Shown in pieces: positions 37,162 to 51,500 of a stretch of 64,000 nt of DNA. The notes below the pieces were generated by a model. It was not told the origin of the DNA. It did not search any database and saw only the letters and a program-made list of their open reading frames with translations. Position 1 is the stretch's first letter; the number at the start of each line of letters is the position of its first letter. Made by a program: the position numbers and the translations under genes. The stretch is from Candidatus Levyibacteriota bacterium (GTDB taxonomy: Bacteria; Patescibacteriota; Microgenomatia; Levybacterales; UBA12049): positions 677-64,676 of the forward strand of contig JACOXT010000005.1 of assembly GCA_016182235.1 (NCBI GenBank), in the 5' to 3' direction.

Positions 37162-38325
37162 ATGAATATATTTAACTCCCTTGGCTCAAACTACAATTTG
37201 AAATTTGTTTTATCATCTCTTTTTGCAAATGGTAGCGATAAAGACCGTCAAGATCTTATTCATCTTCTTGAAAAAAAATATAATGGCAAAGCCATACTAT
37301 TATATAAGGGCAGAGAAGCACTCACTCTTGCTATTAAGACTCTTAACCTTCCCCCAAAAACAGAAGCTGCTATAAATGGATTTACATGTTTTGCAGTGTA
37401 TAAAGCTATTGAGAAGGCTGGCTATAAACCAGTTTGCCTTGATCTTGACTCCGATAAATTTGATCTAAACTTTAGCACTTCAGTGCTTGAGGCAGAAGTC
37501 AAAAAAAACCCAAATTTAAAAGTAGTAATTGTACAAAATACGCTTGGGTATCCATGCGATATCGAAGGTATCCTTGAAATTTGCAAGAAAAAAAACCTTG
37601 TCTTAATTGAAGATTTAGCCCATTGTGTAGGAACAAAATACTCCAACGGAAAAGAGGCGGGGACAGTTGGACCTATTGCGGTGTTATCTTTTAGCCAAGA
37701 CAAGGTCATCGATGCGGTTTCCGGAGGAGCTTTAATTATAAGAGAAAGAACTTTAGCTTCGCAAGGCGAGGCCTTGCAGAGTAAAAAGATCAATTTCAGA
37801 CAACAATTAAAAGACAAATTTTATCCAATACTTACTTACAAAATTAGAACATTTTATAGTTTTGGATTAGGAAAACTCCTTCACTTTCTCCTAAAAAAAT
37901 TAGACCTTTTATCAAAGCCTATGGAAGAAAATTTATATGAATTACTTTCTCTTCCTAATTGGTATTGTTATTTAGCCATGATTGGGTTTAATAATTTGTC
38001 TCAAAATCTAAATCACAGAAGAAGAATTGCCCAAATTTACATAGACAATTTAAACAAAAGCGCACAATCAAAAGAAATCGCGCAAAACTTAGATTTATCG
38101 TCTAACTTAAGATTTCCAATTTTTGTTGAGAAACGAGCACAGTTATTAGAATATCTAAAAGACTACGGCATTCATGTTTCAGATATATGGTACGAAGATG
38201 TTTCGCCCGATTGCCCGAACGCACAAAAAGTCTCTCGCAAAGTTCTTAATTTACCAACTCATATCAATGTCAGCGAAAGAGACGCAAGGCTAATCTGCGA
38301 AAGGATTAATGAATTGATCCAATGA
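37162..38325 (+). CDS. DegT/DnrJ/EryC1/StrS-family PLP-dependent aminotransferase
   Basis: LIEDLAH, SFSQDK.I..VSGGAL, LNLPTH. Confidence 0.88.
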   Translation: MNIFNSLGSNYNLKFVLSSLFANGSDKDRQDLIHLLEKKYNGKAILLYKGREALTLAIKTLNLPPKTEAAINGFTCFAVYKAIEKAGYKPVCLDLDSDKFDLNFSTSVLEAEVKKNPNLKVVIVQNTLGYPCDIEGILEICKKKNLVLIEDLAHCVGTKYSNGKEAGTVGPIAVLSFSQDKVIDAVSGGALIIRERTLASQGEALQSKKINFRQQLKDKFYPILTYKIRTFYSFGLGKLLHFLLKKLDLLSKPMEENLYELLSLPNWYCYLAMIGFNNLSQNLNHRRRIAQIYIDNLNKSAQSKEIAQNLDLSSNLRFPIFVEKRAQLLEYLKDYGIHVSDIWYEDVSPDCPNAQKVSRKVLNLPTHINVSERDARLICERINELIQ

Positions 38326-39338
38326 TAGCAAAACCGATAATAGATAAAAAAACCTGGGAATCTTTCCTGGATCTTCATGAAGAAGCAAACTTTTTGCAAT
38401 CATGGTATTGGGGAGAATTTCATAAAAGTCTAAGTAACGAAATTCAGCGAATGGGATTTTATGAAAATAATAAGCTTGTTGGCGTTATGCTTTCTATTGT
38501 TGAAAACGCGAAGCGCGGGCGATATCTAGCAGTTCCAGGAGGACCAATTATCGATTGGACAAGGTCCGACCTTGTCGAGCATTTCGTGCAGGAATGTAAA
38601 AAGATTGCGAAAACATACAAGTGTGTTTTCGTAAGAGTCCGCCCTCAGCTTGTTTCAGATGACTTTTCGAAAAGCTTGTCTAAAAGACAAGGATTTACTA
38701 ACGCCCCAATGCACTTACACGCTGAGTTAACATCACAACTTGATATAAGAAAAACCGAAGATGAACTTCTAGGTCAAATGAGAAAAACAACCAGATACGA
38801 GATTAAAAAAGCAATTAATTTAGGTATAAAAGTAGTTGCCTCCAAAGACCCCGGTCAAATAAAAGACTTTTATGATTTACAGATTGAAACCTCAAAAAGG
38901 CAAGGATTCATACCATTTTCCTACAAATATTTATATGAGCAATTTAAAATATTTGCGCTTAATGATAAAGCGGTTTTATATACAGCTTATTATGACAGAA
39001 AAATTCTTGCTCAGGCTTTTATAATTTTTTATGGGCAGGAAGCTGTTTATCATTATGGGGTAAGTACAGAGGAAGGGAGAAGATATCCTGGCGCCTATTT
39101 AATACAATGGGAGGCAATTAAAGAAGCACAGAAAAGAGGAATGACGCGATATAACTTTTGGGGGGTTTCTCCTGAGATGAGCAAAAACCATAGGTTTAGA
39201 GGTTTATCTCTTTTCAAAAGAGGCTTTGGAGGACAAGATATAGAATATCTTCATGCACAAGATTTAATAATAAATTACCCAAGATATATTATTAACTACG
39301 TAGTCGAAACCATAAGAAAAAAAACAAGAAACGTTTAA
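38322..39338 (+). CDS. FemABX-family (lipid II peptide-bridge) aminoacyltransferase
   Basis: FLQSWYWGEF, MRKTTRYEIKKA, YHYG.S, QWEAIKEA, YNFWG, FKRGFGG. Confidence 0.92.
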   Translation: MIAKPIIDKKTWESFLDLHEEANFLQSWYWGEFHKSLSNEIQRMGFYENNKLVGVMLSIVENAKRGRYLAVPGGPIIDWTRSDLVEHFVQECKKIAKTYKCVFVRVRPQLVSDDFSKSLSKRQGFTNAPMHLHAELTSQLDIRKTEDELLGQMRKTTRYEIKKAINLGIKVVASKDPGQIKDFYDLQIETSKRQGFIPFSYKYLYEQFKIFALNDKAVLYTAYYDRKILAQAFIIFYGQEAVYHYGVSTEEGRRYPGAYLIQWEAIKEAQKRGMTRYNFWGVSPEMSKNHRFRGLSLFKRGFGGQDIEYLHAQDLIINYPRYIINYVVETIRKKTRNV

Positions 39339-39378
39339 ATTTAATAAATAACTCATCTATACCGCTTTCCAGTACTAG

Positions 39379-41361
<1,983 letters not shown>

Positions 41362-41370
41362 AAAAATTTT

Positions 41371-42138
41371 ATGGACAACATAAGCGAAGCAAAAGAAAAC
41401 CAAAAACTGCCGGAGAGAAGAGTTATTCGTCTTAATGAAGACTTTCACCCTTTTGATCACGACGTAAACCTCATAGTAAAGAGAACGTTTTCCCAAAGAG
41501 AATCTCCTGACTTTGACGCTCTAGAGACTCGTATCGAGTTAGCTACGGAAAATGATCTAAGAATTCCAATAGATATGCTGTTATTCTCCGTTTCTTTTTG
41601 GCAACATGGTCATACTGTCCTTCCATTCGATAGTGAAAAAGGGTATCGGATTGATTCTGATGACTTTAATCTAGAAAACAGAATAGCAAAATTGAACCGA
41701 CTCGGTGAAGAAAAGCTAAGTAAATTCATGGATTTCTCAAAAAGACATTACGAATTATTTGTGGCGGGTAATGTGCCTTCTCTTATTGAAAACGCTATTG
41801 TTAAAAAAGTAAGCGGAGATCGTTATAGATTTCCACAGGAGAAGCTTAGCCTTTTAGGAAAATTAAGACTACTCTTACGACTTCCAGATGAATCCTTTGA
41901 GGCAAAACCTTTTGAGCCTTCGTTAACTCGCGGAGATCTATGGTTCAAAGATTTTTATCCAACCGACTCAGGTCCTCTTTCTGCTTCAACTGATGGTCTC
42001 CAATCACCGATCTTGCAATTGATAATGCAACGTGAAGGGTTTAATATACTCCTACCCGATGATCCGGAAAAACTCAAACAAATTAAAATGCGCTTTGTCC
42101 TTGCTGAAGAAAAACCAGATAGGGGAGGTGAGAATTAA
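41371..42138 (+). CDS. Hypothetical protein
   Basis: 255-aa ORF between gyrB and ppa; stop overlaps the ppa start. Confidence 0.65.
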   Translation: MDNISEAKENQKLPERRVIRLNEDFHPFDHDVNLIVKRTFSQRESPDFDALETRIELATENDLRIPIDMLLFSVSFWQHGHTVLPFDSEKGYRIDSDDFNLENRIAKLNRLGEEKLSKFMDFSKRHYELFVAGNVPSLIENAIVKKVSGDRYRFPQEKLSLLGKLRLLLRLPDESFEAKPFEPSLTRGDLWFKDFYPTDSGPLSASTDGLQSPILQLIMQREGFNILLPDDPEKLKQIKMRFVLAEEKPDRGGEN

Positions 42139-42659
42139 TGGACATTAAGAAATTAAACGCCGGGAAAAATGCGCCGGAAGAAATAAATGTTTTTATAGAA
42201 ATCCCCCAAGGAGTAAGTGTAAAGTATGAATTAGATAAAGATAGCGGCGTAATCTTTGTGGATAGATTTCTTTTTACAGAAATGGAATATCCATTTAATT
42301 ATGGTTTTGTGCCGGGAACTTTGGCCATGGATGGAGATCCTGTAGATGTTTTAGTGTTATCAAGCAAACCTGTAATACCAGGCGTTGTAATTCTTTCAAA
42401 ACCAATCGGAATGCTTGAGATGGAGGACGAGAAGGGAATTGATAACAAGGTAATTGCAGTTCCTGTTCCAAAAGTCGACCAAAAATTCAAAAATTATAAT
42501 GATATCAATGATATCCCAATCAAAACAAAAGAGGAAATCAAATACTTTTTCGAAAATTACAAAAAAACCGAACCGGGAAAATGGGTCAAGGTAAAAGAGT
42601 GGAAAGGAAGGGAAGCGGCGATTGAAGAAATAAGAAAAGCCATTGGAAACAAAAGTTAA
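42138..42659 (+). CDS. ppa: Inorganic pyrophosphatase (family I)
   Basis: [40 protein letters not shown]. Confidence 0.96.
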   Translation: MDIKKLNAGKNAPEEINVFIEIPQGVSVKYELDKDSGVIFVDRFLFTEMEYPFNYGFVPGTLAMDGDPVDVLVLSSKPVIPGVVILSKPIGMLEMEDEKGIDNKVIAVPVPKVDQKFKNYNDINDIPIKTKEEIKYFFENYKKTEPGKWVKVKEWKGREAAIEEIRKAIGNKS

Positions 42660-42769
42660 AAGTCAAAGGTTAAAATTCAAAATTACAAGTAAAAATTCAA
42701 AAGTAAAGAATCTGAAAATTTTAACTTTTAAGTTGTATTTTTGACTTTTGATTTTTGAGTTTTGAGTTT
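42651..42769. repeat. Inverted pair of degenerate 7-mer arrays between ppa and gyrA
   Basis: AAAAGTT/AAAATTC-type units followed by complementary TTTTAAC/TTTTGAG-type units. Confidence 0.8.
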
Positions 42770-42775
42770 ATTATT

Positions 42776-45274
42776 ATGCAAATTGGTAAATTACAACAAA
42801 CTGGAATTAGCGCAGAGGTCAAGAGGGCATACCTTGACTATGCAATGTCTGTTATTGTTTCCCGCGCGCTTCCTGATGTTAGAGATGGACTTAAACCAGT
42901 CCATAGACGTATTCTTTTCGCGATGCACGAGTTAAATCTAACGCACAACGCGAAATATGCAAAATCAGCAAAGATTGTTGGGGAGGTAATGGGAAAATAC
43001 CATCCTCATGGAGATTTACCAATATACGATGCATTAGTTCGCTTGGCTCAGGATTTCTCGATGCGTTATCCTTTGGTTGATGGCCAAGGAAATTATGGCT
43101 CAACTGATGGAGATCCGCCGGCTGCTATGCGTTATACAGAAGCGCGTCTGGCCGCAATCACCGCCGAGATGCTTTTGGATTTGGATAAAGAAACAGTTAG
43201 CCATCTGCCGAATTTTGACGCGACGCTTCAGGAACCGGCATATCTTCCTGCCAGACTCCCCAATCTTCTTTTGATGGGGTCTGAGGGTATCGCGGTTGGT
43301 ATGGCTACAAAAATTCCTCCTCACAATCTTGGTGAATTGGTAGACGCGATTATTTTTACGATTGGCAAAACAAAAGTATCAAAATCGTTGAATGGTGAAT
43401 CAAAATCTTTAACGCTGACGAGTAACGTCACTGTTGGTGAGCTCTTGGAATATATTAAAGGCCCGGATTTCCCAACGGCCGGGGCAATTTATGACATTTC
43501 TGAAATTACAAATGTGTATACAACCGGACGGGGAAGAATAATTATCCGAGGACGCGCAGAGATCGAAGATATAGGGCAGGGTAAATCGGCAATTATTATT
43601 ACCGAACTCCCTTATCAAGTCAACAAAGCTCTTATGGTTGCTCGTATTGCTGATTTAGCCCGTGAAAAGAAGATAGAAGGAATCTCGGATCTAAGGGATG
43701 AATCTGACAGACACGGAATAAGAGTGGTTGTGGAACTCAAGCGTGACACCGCGCCAAAAAGAGTATTGAATAACCTATTTAAACACACGAGTCTTCAATC
43801 AATTTTTCCCGCTAATATTGTTGCTTTGGTTGACGGTACACCTCAAACGTTAAATCTTAAAACTATTCTTGAGGAATATCTTAAACATAGATATATTGTT
43901 GTCACCAAACGTTCCGAATTTGAGTTAAAGCAGGCCAAGGCAAGGCTTCATATTCTTGAGGGACTAAAAACTGCAGTCGATCAAATAGATGCTGTTATAA
44001 GAACAATTCGTGAATCCAAAGACCAAGATTCCGCAAAGAAGAATTTGATCATTAAATTTAAACTTACCGAGATCCAAGCGGTTGCGATTTTGGATATGCA
44101 GCTTCGCCGACTCGCGGCTTTGGAACGGCAAAAAATAGAAGACGAGCTTATCATGATAAAAGAAGCAATTGCTTATTTGGAAGACCTGCTTTCTCATTCA
44201 GAAAAAATACTAAGCGTAATCAAAGAAGAATTGAAAGTTCTAAAAGAAAGGTATCAGGACCAGAGGCGCACAAAGGTATATAAAAGTAAAGTCGGAGAGT
44301 TTTCCGATGAAGATCTTATTCCAAATGAATCAACGGTTATAACTATTACCGATACCGGATATATAAAGCGCCAAAGCCTCAGTAGTTTCAGAGTCCAGCA
44401 TAGGGGAGGAAAAGGAGTTAAGGGAATGACTACCAAAGAGGAGGATGGAATTTTGAATATTCGCTATGCGCAAACCCATGATAATATTTTGTTTTTTACA
44501 AACAAAGGAAAAGTCTACCAGCTCAGGGCCTTTGAAATTGCGGAGTCCCAAAGAACAAGTAAGGGCACCGCCATTGTGAATCTTATCAATATAGAACAAA
44601 ATGAGAGAGTCGAATCCTTTATAAATTACAGCGTGGGAAAAGGAAGCGAAGAGTTCCCATATAAATATGTGTTTCTTACCACCAAAAATGGGACTGTTAA
44701 AAAGACCGCGTTATCAGAATTTGAAAATATAAGGAGAAATGGGATTATCGCAATTAAACTAGACAAAGGAGATGAGCTTGTGTGGAGTAAGTTAACCAAC
44801 GGCGATAATGAAGTTATTCTCACGACTCACGACGGAAAGGCAATAAGATTTTCTGAGAAGTCTGTAAGACCTTTGGGCAGAAGTACCACAGGAGTTCACG
44901 GGATAAAGCTAAAAGAGGGCGACCAAGTAACGGGAATGGACATTATCAAAAAATCAGATAAAGCAGACCTCCTTACAATAATGGAGAATGGGCTGGGTAA
45001 AAAAACTTCTGTCGACCAGTTCAGAGGACAAACTAGGGCCGGACAAGGCGTAAAAGTCGCAAAGGTAACATCGAAAACAGGAAAGGTCGCATTCGCTCAG
45101 GTAATTCCGCCAAATTGCAAAAGCTTAATTATTACATCCAAAAAAGGACAAGTCGTAAAGCTTGAAATTTCTTCAGTACCAAAACGTTCTCGAAACACAC
45201 AGGGAGTGTTTTTAATGAGATTCTCAAACAAAACACCCGACCATATAACTTCTGCAACTTGCATTGAAGAATGA
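42776..45274 (+). CDS. gyrA: DNA gyrase subunit A
   Basis: [38 protein letters not shown], GyrA-box QHRGGKG. Confidence 0.97.
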   Translation: MQIGKLQQTGISAEVKRAYLDYAMSVIVSRALPDVRDGLKPVHRRILFAMHELNLTHNAKYAKSAKIVGEVMGKYHPHGDLPIYDALVRLAQDFSMRYPLVDGQGNYGSTDGDPPAAMRYTEARLAAITAEMLLDLDKETVSHLPNFDATLQEPAYLPARLPNLLLMGSEGIAVGMATKIPPHNLGELVDAIIFTIGKTKVSKSLNGESKSLTLTSNVTVGELLEYIKGPDFPTAGAIYDISEITNVYTTGRGRIIIRGRAEIEDIGQGKSAIIITELPYQVNKALMVARIADLAREKKIEGISDLRDESDRHGIRVVVELKRDTAPKRVLNNLFKHTSLQSIFPANIVALVDGTPQTLNLKTILEEYLKHRYIVVTKRSEFELKQAKARLHILEGLKTAVDQIDAVIRTIRESKDQDSAKKNLIIKFKLTEIQAVAILDMQLRRLAALERQKIEDELIMIKEAIAYLEDLLSHSEKILSVIKEELKVLKERYQDQRRTKVYKSKVGEFSDEDLIPNESTVITITDTGYIKRQSLSSFRVQHRGGKGVKGMTTKEEDGILNIRYAQTHDNILFFTNKGKVYQLRAFEIAESQRTSKGTAIVNLINIEQNERVESFINYSVGKGSEEFPYKYVFLTTKNGTVKKTALSEFENIRRNGIIAIKLDKGDELVWSKLTNGDNEVILTTHDGKAIRFSEKSVRPLGRSTTGVHGIKLKEGDQVTGMDIIKKSDKADLLTIMENGLGKKTSVDQFRGQTRAGQGVKVAKVTSKTGKVAFAQVIPPNCKSLIITSKKGQVVKLEISSVPKRSRNTQGVFLMRFSNKTPDHITSATCIEE

Positions 45275-46131
45275 AAATCAATGGATCGGAAATCGCAAAT
45301 AAGATTCACATCGAACTTCGAAAAAAGGTAAAAAAGCTAAAAGAGAAAAAAATCACGCCCCATCTTGCGGTAATTCTCATCGGCAGTGATCCCGCATCAA
45401 CTGCGTATGTTCGGCAAAAAGAATTAAAATCAAAAGCAATTAGTGTTAATACAACAATAGCAAAATTTCCTTCCGGTGTCTCCCAAAAAAATATTTTGAA
45501 AACAATTCAGCAATATAACAATGATAACAATATTCACGGAATTATTGTTCAGCGTCCTCTGCCTTCGCATATTGATTCGAATGTAATCTCAAAATCCATA
45601 GATCCCAAAAAGGATGTGGATGGCTTTCACCCAAAATCCAAATTTCAACCACCTCTCGCTCTGGCGGTATTGAAGATTTTGAAAAATATATTCGTCCACC
45701 TTCGAGGTGGGGTTGCGCCTGCGGCACACCTCGAAGGTGAATTTCGTGAATGGTTAATCCTCCAAAATATTGTCGTTATTGGCAAGGGTGAAACCGGTGG
45801 TAAACCTGTAATTGAAATGCTTAAAAAAATAGGAGCAAAGCCTTTGATTGTCGACAGTAAAACTCAAAATCCCCCTAACATAACTAAAACTGCAGATATA
45901 ATAATCTCTGCGGTTGGCAAAGAAAATACAATAAAGCCAGAAATGATCAAAAAAAATTCTATTTTAATTAGCATTGGTTTGTCAAAAGGAAAAGACGGAA
46001 AACTTCACGGGGATTATGATGAAGACAAGATCAAAAACATTGCATCCTTTTACACCCCAACCCCAGGAGGAGTAGGCCCCATCAATGTAGCTATGCTTTT
46101 GAAAAATTTAGTAAAAGCGTCCGAAAGTTAA
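45271..46131 (+). CDS. folD: Methylenetetrahydrofolate dehydrogenase/cyclohydrolase
   Basis: [33 protein letters not shown]. Confidence 0.93.
   Translation: MKINGSEIANKIHIELRKKVKKLKEKKITPHLAVILIGSDPASTAYVRQKELKSKAISVNTTIAKFPSGVSQKNILKTIQQYNNDNNIHGIIVQRPLPSHIDSNVISKSIDPKKDVDGFHPKSKFQPPLALAVLKILKNIFVHLRGGVAPAAHLEGEFREWLILQNIVVIGKGETGGKPVIEMLKKIGAKPLIVDSKTQNPPNITKTADIIISAVGKENTIKPEMIKKNSILISIGLSKGKDGKLHGDYDEDKIKNIASFYTPTPGGVGPINVAMLLKNLVKASES
45697..45739. repeat. 43-bp palindromic element in frame within folD
   Basis: CACCTTCGAGGTG-N17-CACCTCGAAGGTG; exact reverse complement of 48008-48050. Confidence 0.92.
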
Positions 46132-46328
46132 GATCCTCTTTGATGTTGTTTTGCAGCATATAGATTGTAAGTTTTCTTACAGAAAGCTTGCGCGTCTCTA
46201 TTTGATACTTTTTCATAACTTTCAAACAAATGGGTGCCATCGGGAAATAATGGCCCTGAGTATGTGGAAAATTTTTAACCTTCAAGGTATGCCACTACAT
46301 AGCAAGATACTTTAGACAAAAAATGAAT
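46128..46328 (-). pseudogene. Remnant paralogous to the C-terminus of hypothetical protein 52826-53419
   Basis: Hand translation GPLFPDGTHLFESYEKVSNRDAQAFCKKTYNLY aligns ungapped to NPVFPEGEVRNSRSEYVTEKIAQDFCRKAYAVY; internal stop at 46275-46277. Confidence 0.72.
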
Positions 46329-46445
46329 TTACTTAAATGTTTCAAAACATTTAAACAATTAGTCCTAATTGATTTTTTAGCTGTTGACAGGAAACATATC
46401 CTTCTGTTAAAGTTAGTTCCCAGAACAAAAGTGTTCTGGTTTTTT

Positions 46446-47405
46446 ATGGATAACCCACAAAAAATTAATGGTGACTTCAAAGGAAAAGATATTGTTTCTC
46501 TTGATCAATTCTCCAAAAAAGATATCTATATTCTCTTCTCTAATACATCCAAAATGAAGAATCTCGTCCAAAAAAAAGGAGGTTCAACTCTACTTAAGGG
46601 TAAAATTATGTGCGCCATATTTTATGAACCATCTTCAAGAACTTTTGGGTCTTTTATTACTTCTATGCAACGTTTGGGAGGAGGATTTATCCCTTTACAA
46701 GGAATGGGAAATTCTTCTGTTGCTAAAGGAGAAACTTTAGAAGACACTATGCAAACATTTTCCTCATATAGTGATGTCATTGTCATTCGTCATCCAGAAA
46801 GAGGAACGGCAAAAATCGCAGCAAATGCTACAGAAATTCCCGTTATTAATGCCGGTGACGGAATAGGCGAGCACCCAACGCAAGCACTTTTAGATCTTTA
46901 TACCATTCAAGAAGAATTTGGAAAACTTGATAACTTAACTGGCGTTTTCGCGGGTGACATGCTTCATGGACGAACAGTAAAATCACTTCTTCGCGGTCTT
47001 TCGCTTTTCAAGAATAACACCTGCTATTTATTGTCCCCAAAAGAATTAAAGCTTTCAAGGGAAGATTTTAACGATTTCCAAAGAAGAGGGATAAAAATTA
47101 TTGAAATTAAAAATTATAGCGATATCCCCAAAAATGCTCATTTTTGGTACTGGACAAGAATTCAAAAAGAACGATTTGAAAATTTCAAAGATTATGAAAA
47201 AGTAAAGAATATTTTTATATTAACAAAACGTCTATTAGACACTTATGGAAATTCCAAAATGATTCTTATGCACCCTTTGCCAAGAGTAAATGAAATAGAA
47301 AAAGAAATCGACAGTGATACGCGAGCGGTTTACCTAAAGCGTCAGATGAAAAACGGAATGTATTTAAGAATGGCGCTTTTGGCATTAGTCTTGGGAAAAA
47401 TATGA
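46446..47405 (+). CDS. pyrB: Aspartate carbamoyltransferase
   Basis: FYEPSSRT..SF, KGETLEDT, INAGDG.GEHPTQALLD, MHPLPRVNEI; ATG 46446 preferred over 46323. Confidence 0.95.
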   Translation: MDNPQKINGDFKGKDIVSLDQFSKKDIYILFSNTSKMKNLVQKKGGSTLLKGKIMCAIFYEPSSRTFGSFITSMQRLGGGFIPLQGMGNSSVAKGETLEDTMQTFSSYSDVIVIRHPERGTAKIAANATEIPVINAGDGIGEHPTQALLDLYTIQEEFGKLDNLTGVFAGDMLHGRTVKSLLRGLSLFKNNTCYLLSPKELKLSREDFNDFQRRGIKIIEIKNYSDIPKNAHFWYWTRIQKERFENFKDYEKVKNIFILTKRLLDTYGNSKMILMHPLPRVNEIEKEIDSDTRAVYLKRQMKNGMYLRMALLALVLGKI

Positions 47406-48517
47406 TTGGAAAACTTATTCTGGAGGATGCTTCGGAATTTGAAGGCATAAGCTTAGGAGCTCCTCGCTCAATTTCTGGCGAGGTAGTTTTCTCAACAGGA
47501 ATGGTAGGATATCCAGAAAGTTTAACTGATCCTTCATACAAAGGACAAATTTTAATATTTACTTATCCTTTGATTGGAAATTACGGAATTCCCGACAAGA
47601 AGTATTGGGAGTCGGATAAAATCCAAGTCTCAGGATTTATCGTCTCAAATTATATTGATACTCCTTATCATCAAGAAATGACTTTGACTCTAAGAAAATG
47701 GGCAGTTAAAGAGAACGTACCTTTTCTTGAAATTACAGATACAAGATTATTAACTCAAAAAATAAGGACAAAAGGAACAATGCTCGGGAAAATAATCACT
47801 AAGGACAATATTAATTTTTATGATCCAAATAAAGAAAACCTTGTCGCCCAAGTTTCAACAAAAAAAGTTATTCAAAAAGGCAACGGTAAAAAAACGGTTA
47901 TTTTAATAGATTGTGGAGCAAAACAAAACATAGAAAGATCTTTGTTGAAAAGGGGAGTAAGAGTCATAACTGTTCCGTGGAATTTCGATCCATTCGACCC
48001 GAAGGTACACCTTCGAGGTGTGCCGCAGGCGCAACCCCACCTCGAAGGTGGCAGGCTGAAGCAAAGCGAAAGCCATGACTCCTTCGAGGTGAAATTCGAT
48101 GGGATTGTCGTCTCCAATGGTCCGGGTGACCCGAAAATGGCAACAAAAACAATCGAAACCATCCGAAAAGCTCTTGCCTCCAAAATCCCAGTTCTTGGAA
48201 TTTGCCTTGGACATCAATTACTTGCATTGGCGGGAGGAGGGGATACCCAAAAATTAAAATTTGGCCACAGAAGCCAAAATCAGCCTTGCGTATTGGAAAA
48301 AACAAAAAGGTGCTATATCACAACTCAAAACCATGGTTTTGAAGTTTCTAAAATTCCCAAGGGATTTCATAAATGGTTTACGAACGCAAATGATAATTCA
48401 AATGAGGGCATAATCCACCAAAAACTCCCATTTATGTCAGTGCAATTTCATCCTGAAGCCGCCCCCGGCCCCGAAGATACAGGATGGATATTCGACTATT
48501 TCCTGGAAAAAATATGA
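47402..48517 (+). CDS. carA: Carbamoyl-phosphate synthase small subunit
   Basis: GEVVFSTGMVGYPESLTDPSY, SNGPGDP, GICLGHQ, QNHGF, VQFHPEA. Confidence 0.96.
   Translation: MIGKLILEDASEFEGISLGAPRSISGEVVFSTGMVGYPESLTDPSYKGQILIFTYPLIGNYGIPDKKYWESDKIQVSGFIVSNYIDTPYHQEMTLTLRKWAVKENVPFLEITDTRLLTQKIRTKGTMLGKIITKDNINFYDPNKENLVAQVSTKKVIQKGNGKKTVILIDCGAKQNIERSLLKRGVRVITVPWNFDPFDPKVHLRGVPQAQPHLEGGRLKQSESHDSFEVKFDGIVVSNGPGDPKMATKTIETIRKALASKIPVLGICLGHQLLALAGGGDTQKLKFGHRSQNQPCVLEKTKRCYITTQNHGFEVSKIPKGFHKWFTNANDNSNEGIIHQKLPFMSVQFHPEAAPGPEDTGWIFDYFLEKI
48008..48091. repeat. 43-bp palindromic element plus a third partial arm, in frame within carA
   Basis: 48008-48050 is the reverse complement of 45697-45739; extra CCTTCGAGGTG ends at 48091. 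Confidence 0.92.
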
Positions 48518-51500
48518 AAAAAATCAACAAAGTATTGATACTGGGTTCTGGAGCTCTAAAGATAGGAGAGGCGGGGGAATTTGATTACTCCGGCTCTCAA
48601 GCAATTAAAGCTCTTAAAGAAGAAGGAGTAAAAACAATTCTAGTCAATCCCAATATCGCAACTATCCAAACGTCGGATCTTTTGGCGGATAAGGTTTATT
48701 TTTTGCCTATATATAAATACTTTGCTGAAAAAGTCATAGAAAAAGAAAAGCCTGACGGAATATTGCTTTCCTTTGGTGGACAAACTGCGCTTAACTGCGG
48801 CATTGATTTGTACAAAAGTGGAGTTCTCGCCAAACACAATTTGCAAATACTTGGAACTTCAATTTCGGCAATCTTATTAACTGAAGACAGAGAAAAATTT
48901 GCAATGCATTTAAGAAAGATAAATATTCCAACTCCGAAAAGCATGGCGGCAAGAAATTTAAATGAAGCAATTAAATATGCAAAAGAAATTGGATTTCCAA
49001 CTATGGTAAGATCAGGGTTTGCTTTGGGAGGACAAGGAAGCGGAATAGCCCAAAACTTAAAAGAGCTGGAAGAAATCGTAAAACATGCGTTGTCTTTTTC
49101 TCCTCAAGTTCTTATCGAACAATATCTTCACCATTTCAAGGAAATCGAATACGAGGTTGTCAGAGATAAATATGACAATTGTATTACTGTTTGTAACATG
49201 GAAAATATGGATCCCCTGGGAATCCATACCGGAGAGTCTGTTGTTGTAGCACCAAGTCAAACATTAAACAACTTCGAATATCAAACATTAAGAAATATCT
49301 CTATAAAAATTGTCAGAAGTCTGGGAATTGTAGGCGAGTGTAATGTCCAGTTCGCGCTAAATCCTGAACCTACTCATAACACCCCTATTGACCTCTACGT
49401 CATCGAAGTAAACGCGCGTCTCTCAAGAAGCTCTGCTCTTGCTTCCAAAGCAACCGGTTATCCCTTGGCATATGTTGCTGCCAAATTATCGCTTGGGAAG
49501 AATTTAACCGAAATCAAAAATAAAATTACTGGAGTAACTCAGGCATGTTTTGAGCCGGCAATGGATTATGTTGTAGTTAAAATTCCTAGATGGGATATTG
49601 AGAAATTTAAAGGTGCTGACGAAAAGATTGGAAGCAGTATGAAAAGTGTTGGAGAGGTAATGGGTATCGGAAGAAGATTTGAAGAAGCATACCAAAAAGC
49701 AATTAGAATGCTTGACCTGGACTTCGATGGGGGAACATCTGATATTCTTTTAGGAAATGGTAAAACTATAAAAAATCTTCTTGAAGTCCCAACACCCAAA
49801 AGAATTTTTGCTATAGCACAAGCAATAAAAGAAAATATTTCAATATCTACAATTTATACTCTTACCGGAATAAATCCCTGGTATCTTGAGAGGATAAAAA
49901 ATATTGTTTTAGCTGAAAAAAATATACCAAAAAACATAAAAAATCTTACAAAGGACCAACTCCTGTATTTAAAAAAACTTGGCTTCTCAGATAAAAGAAT
50001 TGGACAATTCATGGGGCAGACTGGGCTCAAAATAAGAAGTTTAAGAAAAAAATATAAAATAACTCCTTCAATATTCCAAATAGATACACTTGCAGGAGAA
50101 TTTGAGGCCAAAACAAATTATTTGTATCTTACTTACAATGGAAATCATAATGACATAACTCCCGAAAAGGAAAAAGGCGTAATTGTTTTGGGGTCTGGAC
50201 CTTACAGAATTGGCTCTTCGGTAGAGTTCGATTGGACATGTGTAAATGTAGCAAACAATTTAAAAAAATATAAAAAGTCATCAATCATTATTAATTGTAA
50301 TCCGGAAACAGTATCAACCGATTATGATATCTCCGATAGGCTTTACTTCGAAGAGCTGACGTTTGAAAGAATTGCAGATATCTATGATTTTGAGAAGCCA
50401 TACGGCGTAGTAATTTCTGTAGGAGGACAAACTCCCAACAACAGAGCTTCTTCTCTCAAAGCGTATGGCGCCCGCATTCTTGGCACTGACCCTGCCAATA
50501 TTGATAAGGCTGAGAACAGAAGCAAATTTTCAAAACTTTTGGATAACCTTGCAATCTCACAACCCTCGTGGGAAAAAGTATCAAATATAATTGCCGCTAT
50601 TAAATTTTGCGATAGAGTAGGATATCCTGTCTTACTAAGACCTTCTTACGTACTCTCAGGCACACTAATGAGAATATGTCATAACAAAGAAGAATTAACT
50701 AGATTTATAGAAGAAGCGGCTCATATATCTAAAGAGTATCCCCTCACGATATCTAAATTTATTGAGAAAGCAAAAGAGATAGAGCTAGATGCTGTTTCCC
50801 AAAAAGGAGAACTTATTACATCAATAATAACAGAACACATAGAAAATGCAGGCGTTCATTCCGGAGACTCAAGCATTGTTCTTCCAACTCAAAGAGTGTA
50901 CTCCAAAACAGAAAGAAATATTGAGCGTATCGGCATAATGCTCGCAAAAGAGCTAAATATATCTGGGCCTTTCAATATCCAGTTTTTAGCAAAGGATAAT
51001 AGACTTCAAGTCATAGAAATAAATCTTCGTTCATCAAGAACATTTCCTTTCATTTCCAAGGTTACTAAAGTTAATTTCATAGGACTTGCGACAGACTCTT
51101 TTTTTGGAAAAGCAAGAAAACATGAGATTAAAATGCCAGATTTTACTGCTGTTAAAGTAGCACAATTTTCTTTCGCCAGAATAACTGGAGCAGATCCGAT
51201 GCCGGGAGTTGAGATGGCCTCTACCGGAGAGGTTGCCTGTTTTGGAGACGATGTCGAAGAAGCTTTTCTTAAAGCAGAGATTGCTGTAGGGGGTAAGATC
51301 CCTGAAAAAGGTATATTTATTTCACTGGGGGGAGAGAAGAATAAAATCAATTTCTTAGAGAGTGCGGAGCTTATTGCCAAATTAAATATTTCTATATATG
51401 CCACTGAAAAAACATCAAAATTTTTAAGTCAAAATGGAATTAAAACCGAAAAACTCTATAAACTGCATGAGAAAAAATCACCTAACATTCTTGAATATTT

